Shown: piece by piece, positions 57,374-64,000 of the stretch
Layout: every line of letters starts with the position of its first letter
Position numbering within the stretch: position 1 is the stretch's first letter
NCBI RefSeq assembly: GCF_009914755.1
Contig: NC_060939.1
Source: the human T2T-CHM13v2.0 reference genome, Homo sapiens
Length of the DNA: 64,000 nucleotides
Reading direction: 5' to 3' (one strand)
Made by a program: the position numbers and the translations under genes
Notes under the pieces: model-generated
Databases searched by the model: none
What the model was told of the DNA's origin: nothing
Seen by the model: the letters and a program-made list of their open reading frames with translations, nothing else

Positions 57374-59377
57374 CTGAAAGGAAAAAACTCAAAGTTGATA
57401 GATGGAAAAACATTCTTCCACTACTTTGTTTTCAAGCTGTGACTTCTCATATTTCTCAAACTAGTCCTCGACATAAATCTTGTCCACTACAAAGTACAGA
57501 TGTTTGGATTTTCAATTACTTCATTAAGAATAGAATAGCACTGACCTTGGAAATCTCTCCTTTTCTCTCTGACCAACCAATTACTATACTCCAACTACCC
57601 ACCAAAAGAAATCCCACTGTGAAAAGGGAGTTTTGTTACTTCTTTGTTTTGTTTTGTCACTGTTTTTATGTTTTTTTTAATTAGGCTTTGGTTCCAATAA
57701 GTTCTCGTGTATGAAAACTTTTCTTGCATCTGAGATTTTTACATCACAATTTTCACACTGGTATGAAAGCTCTTCAACATGGAAAAACTAGAAAATTCTA
57801 ACTGAGTTGTAGTTAAGTCAATGTGTATTTCAAGGTAGTACTTTTTCTTTAGATACATGCATTGTCACAAACATATATGATTACAAAAAATAAACTGCAT
57901 ATACTGATGAGTATGCAAAAATTTTCATTTGTCTCTTTTCCACTGTAAAAGAAGCTATTGGAGACTACAGTAACATTTACATGAGTAGATGAGGTTGGGG
58001 TCTAAAATGGTTTAAACTGATTTTAAAAAGATATTAAGCTTGTATTGTCATAAGCTCAGGCATGAGCCTCAGTACTATCAGGTGTCATTGATAATTTCAT
58101 TAAGAAAGAAAACAGAAATCCTCATCCCCTGGCTTCAGCCCTTGACCACAATGTGTTTCTGCCTGAAGCATCTCAGCTGCCATCCTTCAAGGCTTCTCAC
58201 TGGCTCTGGCAAGCTTGCAAAAATATACAAGTGTCTTGCCTTCACCAAACACCCAATTTCTTTTCCCCTTAGTTGTTTATAAACTTGGGAGTCCACCGTA
58301 ATGTTTTAATTCCATCTACAGTGTATAAATCTTAAAGTGCAGTAATTGAGCCAGAGCTGGCTGACAAGCAGCTCTTGTCCTGTCAGTGAAGCTGCAGCGT
58401 TGAGAGTCTGGGCAAGGGCAAGAAAAGTAAGTTTGAATCCTACGAGGAAGGTGACAGACCTCATCCCAGAGCTGGTCCAAGTAGGATTTCCCCAGGGCCT
58501 TTAAGAGCAAGAGAACTTAAATCAAACCTCTCATTTTCCCTTGGCATTCTCTAATAAATTTCACAGTAACCTGGGATTCATCAATTATTCAAATAAATAT
58601 TATATCTTCCCCACATCTTTGGTTCCCAATGCCAAAGATTATCTTGAGTTATACTACTGTACTTTGAAAAAAGAAAACTTCTTGTCTATACTGTAAGAGT
58701 TTACTTTGAGCATCCCCTTGAAATCCCTGCCAGAACTATTAGCTAGTACTGTTAAAAGCTACGGTCATGTTTTGTATTGTACCAAGGGTGTGTATGAGAG
58801 ACAGACAGGAACAAAGGGACAATGTTTAATGTTCCAATCCAAACACTAAGCACTACATCTATTTCTCTTTACAAGACACATAACAGCTCGGCATGGTTTC
58901 AATTATGACTGTGACGTTAACTGTAGTGCTGTGTCTTCTGTAGCATCTTCTATCTAGATTCTTGAGAAAAGAAACAGTGGGAAAGAATGGGATTAAAAGA
59001 TCATATAAAATAATATGCCTGGAAGGATGGTGAGTCACAGTTCTAAAAAATAAACAACTATAACAAAGCATTAATTTTCCATAAGCAGAATGGACATAAT
59101 AACCAAGGGCAGGTTATTAATACACTGTGCTTTGCTTATTTTAATCATGAGAATTCCATGACTTGAGAATTCAACTCCTGGTAACAGAGCTGAAACCCTA
59201 TTAACCTGTTCAAATAAGCATTTGCAGGGAGGCTGTTAAAGATATGTCAACAACATGAGCTCAGTTTTTTTTCCTCCAGTAATGGAAAACACACATCGCT
59301 GAGGACCATGTTTTATGTGTCTTTAAGAGAACTGGGTCAAATGAAAATAAATACGAGGTGCGAGGAAATACACTCAC

Positions 59378-59439
59378 TGGGATGATCTGTCCACACACTC
59401 CAATGGGTTCATGTCTTGTAAAGGTAAAATAGTCTCCAT
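59378..59439 (-). CDS. ALDH1A2: ALDH1A2 exon 5 (62 nt, DGDYFTFTRHEPIGVCGQIIP)
   Basis: Acceptor ttctttcAG (59440-59441), donor GTgagt (59377 downward); manual translation. Confidence 0.96.
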
Positions 59440-62278
59440 CTGAAAGAAAAAAGCATGGTCACTCCCAGAAAGTTTAGATTAGGAAAAAAAATGCAAAGGG
59501 AGAACTTTGGTGGCTGCAAAAAAAAAAAAAAAAAAACAAACAGAAATAAACTTGAAAAAACATCCTACTCAACCGTGCATGAAAGCTGGTAGAAGCCTAA
59601 CACTGGACATAGCATATTTCTGGATATATCTCTCAGACACCCAAATGCAGTATTGAGGAAAGGATCTCTAAGGCAAAATGAATGACAAATTTATGATACA
59701 AGAAGTCCTCAGGGTGGCAGAGGGGACAGCTGAAAAATATGTAAAAATTGAATTTTATGTTAAATATTAAAATAACATGTAGAACAGTTGTTTGATTTAA
59801 AAACTGAGTCAACAAACCTTTAAATAACTTTCTGAAGTATTAAAATAAACTAAGTAAAATGCTATTGGGCAAATTTAAAATGCTCGGCAACTGGAAAAAG
59901 TGAGGAGTAAAAGATATATTTCATAACTCAATCCAGGTGTCAAAATGTACTTCCTGGGTAGTGATGAGACATAGGCATGTCCAGGGCTATTTAAAGAAGG
60001 TAAAAGTCCATTTCTAAAAAGAACTCCATCAATAATCCAAAGCGTCTGCCCCCAAACTAGACATAGAAATGAGAATGTCCTAGGGGCTAAAAGAAAAAGA
60101 GCTTCAGAAAAACTTAATAACCTTGTTTTCCTTACAGGAGTAATAGGCAACTGAAATAATTATACAGGAAGTCCAAACCAAATTCATCTTTAGGAAAATG
60201 TCATTGCTTTTATCTGAATTATTTTAAATGGTTAATTAAAATTACCAAAGAATGGCTCATTTTTAGCAGATAGTTTTTCATTTTAAATACTGGGCAAAGT
60301 CTTTATTTTTCCCTCCACTGCCGGCCCTTAGGCCACTTCACTGATACTCGTTTTCTCTCTCAAAAGCAGTCCCCTAAGGCAAGTGAAAACACTCAGCTAA
60401 TATTCATGAAAGCATAACTATTATAGGTGGAAATGAAGGTGGGGACAGGAGGACTGTGTGGGTCGGGAAAAGAGAAGCGATATGAATCAGATTGTTTATC
60501 ACTGTCTCTCAACACACCTAAATCACATTTATCACACAAAATTGTTTTGACATATTCAAAATTATTTATTTTTTAAATAATTACATTAAAGTCTTGGCCT
60601 CTCTCTCTCTCTCTCTCTCTTACTCTCCCAGTGTCACTCTCTATCCTCTGGATCTCTGATCTCTACCCCCTCTTGCCATAATTATCTGTTTCCTCTTTTC
60701 AAGGAACTTTTATTCACATACAAGTATTTATAGGATCCTTTTATCCTCTTTTTTTTTATACAAACGGGATATTATTCAGTCTTTTATATTTTGTTTTTCC
60801 CTCTTTTTTTTTTTTTTCCTGTAAAGCTAGGAGGTCTTTTTAGTGGCTGCAGGTTATTCCATGGGCTCAATAAACAATGTTACTACTGTAAACCCTCCTA
60901 CTAAGGGACATAGAAGTCACTTTCAGTTTAGGCTATTATAAATAATGCTGCAAAGACTATCATTACAAACATATCTTTTCATATCTGTGGAATTTCTTGA
61001 TCTAAGTGTATGTACATTTCAGATTTTCAAAAATATTGCCAAATCACCCTTCAGAAAAGTTTAACAATTCATAATTTCAACAACACGCTATTTTTCCTAC
61101 TCTTTAACACTGAGGTTTTTCCAACATTTTCATTTCAGCTAATCTGATAGCTGGAAAACTGCAACTTGTTTTGATTTATGTTTAATGATAGAGTGAACAT
61201 CTTTTCATGCTTATATTGTTTGCTATTTTTCTATTGGGTTATTCTTTTTAGCCATTTGAAGAGCTCTATGGATATTAAGGAAATTAGGCCTCTGTCATAA
61301 TATTGCAAAGATTTTTCCCCAATCTGCTACTTATCTCTTGACTTTGTTTTATGTATATTTTAAATGGAAGAAATTCAGAAGTAGGCTGGATTCTGCAACT
61401 GTATGAAATTAATTTAAAATATCTATTACGAGAAAAAATAGCGAAGATGTTGCAACTGTCCATAGGATGACAGTATGAAGTCTGAGTAATACTTTAAACA
61501 TCAAATTAACTATTTAGCTTTGTATGCAGATAACTAAAGAATCTTCTGGATATCATTCTTTACAAGACTACAAATTACCATGCTTCTTCAATTTGTAAAT
61601 CTCTGAAAAGGTTTTTCATGAGGAGCAACACCACTGATCAATAAGCTAGAGTTTCATTTACAAGAAAATCTTCTGCAACTGAACTCTCTAAGTTGGTTAA
61701 GGTGATGGGTTCAGGTGGATAGTCACAGACCACAGAATCAGAGAGTAATGTCAAGAAAGAGTGCAAATGGGGCTGAGGAAAAAAATTGGAAGATGAACAG
61801 AAGAGTACACGTGTTTATTTTAGCAGCACATGTAGGAACCCGGAATGGTTCAGAAAAAAAAACTCACAAGGCAACTACACAAGCACTGCATGGCAATTCA
61901 TAAACCATTTCCCCCTACACATTTTATGATGCTTAGACATTTAGTTGTTTTACTTAAATAATATCACAAGTTACCGAAAAAAGTGAAAGGGAAGAAAATG
62001 TAGACAAAAATCTTAAAAGTCGGACCTCATGAGGAATTGAGTTTGACTCCATAATTGTGTCTCAAGAGAAACTGAGTTATGAGGAATTAAAACTCTCTTG
62101 GATAAACCGTTCACATATTTGAAAAACATTTAGCTACAGGCTAACACAGGGAAAGAGACAGAATCTTCTAGTCCCTACAGTTAGTCTAAGTAGCAAATTA
62201 AAAAATAAACGCTATTTTTGTGCTTGAACTCTTCCCAAAAGAGCACTGAGTTGAAGGGACAAAGAAAGGAGGCTACTT

Positions 62279-64000
62279 TCAATAAAATTCAACATTCCTT
62301 CAGGTTAAAAACTCTCAATAAAGTAGAGGCATTGATGGAACATACCTCAAAATAATTAAGAGTCATTTATGGCAAACTCACAGCCAATATCATACTGAAC
62401 AGGCAAAAGATGGAAGCATTCCCCTTGAAAACTAGCACAAGACAAGGATGCCCTCTTTCACCACTCCTATTCAACATAGTATTGGAAGTTCTGGCCAGTT
62501 CTTTCTCAGGCAAGAGAAAGAAATAAAGGGCATTCAAATAGGAAGAGAGAAAGTAAAACTGTCTCTTTTTGCAGATGACATGGTCCTATATCTAGAAAAC
62601 CCCATTGTCTCAGCACAAAAGCTTCTTAAGCTGATAAGCAACTTCAACTAAGTCTCAGGATACAGAATCAATGTGCAAAAATCACAACCATTCCTATACA
62701 CCAACAATAGACAAGCAGAGAGCTAAATCATGAATAAACTCCCATTCATAATTGATACAAACAGAATAAAGTACCTAAGAAATACAGCTAATAAAGGAAG
62801 TGAAGGACCTCTTCAAGGAGAACTAAAAACCACTAATCAGGGAAATCAGAGAGGATACAAACAAATGGAAAAACATTCCATGCTCATGGATAGGAAGAAT
62901 CAATACCATGAAAATGGCTATAATGCCCAAAGTAATTTAAAAATTCAATGCTATTGTCATTAAACTACCACTGACATTCTTCACAGAATTAGAAAAAATA
63001 ACTTTAAATTTCATATGGAACCTAAAGAGCCCATATAGCCAAGACAATCCTAAGCAAAAAGAACAAAGCTGGAGGCATCATGCTACCTGACTTCAAACTA
63101 TACTACAAGGCTACAGTAACCAAAACAACATGGTACTGGTACAAAAACAGACACACAGACCAATGGAACAGAATAGAGAAATCAGAGATAAGACCACACA
63201 TCTACAACCATCTGATCTTCGACAAACCTGACAAAAACAAACAATGGGGAAAGGATTCCCCATATAATAAATGGTGCTGGGAAAACTAGCTAGCAATATG
63301 CAGAAAATTAAAACTGGACCCCTTCTTTACATCTTATACAAAAATTACCTCAAGATGAATTAAAGACTTAAGTGCAAAACCCAAAACTATGAAAACTCTA
63401 CAAGAAAATCTAGGCAATACCATTCAGGACATGGGCATAGGCAAGATTGCATGATGAAAATGTCAAAAGCAATCGCAACAAAAGCAAAAATTGACAATTT
63501 GGATCTAATTAAACAAAAGAGCTTCTGCACAGCAAAAGGAACTATCAGAGTGAACAGCCTACAGAATGGGAGAAATTTTTTGCAATCTATGCATCTGACA
63601 AAGGTCTAATATCCAGAATCTACAAGGAATTTAAACAAATTTAGAAGAAAAAAATAACCCCATTAAAAAGTGGGCAAAAGGACATGAACAGACACTTCTC
63701 AAAAGAAGACAGTCACGCAGCCAAAAAACATGAAAAAAAGCTCATCATCAATGATCATTAGAGAAATGCAATCTAAACCACAATGAGAAACCATCTCACC
63801 CCACTCAGAAGGGCAATTATTAAAAAGTCAAGAAACAACAGATGCTGGCAAAGGTGTGGAAAAATAGGAACACTGTTCCTATTTCCCACTTTGTTTACAT
63901 TCCCACTGTTGGTGGGAATGTAAATTAGTTCAACCATTGTGGAAGACAGTGTGGCAATTCCTCAAAGACCGAGAACCAGAAATACCATTTTACCCAGCAA
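62279..64000 (+). mobile_element. LINE-1 ORF2 region (L1PA/L1PB-like), antisense to ALDH1A2 in intron 4; runs off the right edge
   Basis: Peptides [29 protein letters not shown] and [32 protein letters not shown]; frameshifted. Confidence 0.93.

Overview
This is primate (human or great-ape-like) genomic DNA. The main feature is the 3' part of ALDH1A2 (retinaldehyde dehydrogenase 2, RALDH2) on the minus strand. Nine coding exons, equivalent to human exons 5-13, lie between 59439 and the TAA stop at 19619-19621. All have GT-AG boundaries and continuous phase. A ~1.77 kb 3'UTR ends at an AATAAA at 17867-17872. Exons 1-4 lie beyond the right edge of the window. The 26.7 kb intron 7 contains a nested insertion: a TSD-flanked, 5'-truncated L1PA-type element interrupted by a TSD-flanked, full-length calponin-2 (CNN2) processed pseudogene, which carries an Alu in its 3'UTR. 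The rest is typical interspersed repeats (old L1s, MaLR LTRs, Alus, MIR/L2, Tigger4/MADE1/MER DNA transposons, microsatellites). Repeat subfamily names are from memory of consensus sequences and need RepeatMasker/Dfam confirmation. I found no convincing novel multi-gene system. The most unusual observations are: the nested sense-oriented retro-insertion; two gap-free ~105-bp local duplications about 1 kb apart whose second copies interrupt old repeats; a miR-137 8mer overlapping the poly(A) signal; and an in-frame exon 8-9 block flanked by inverted Alus.
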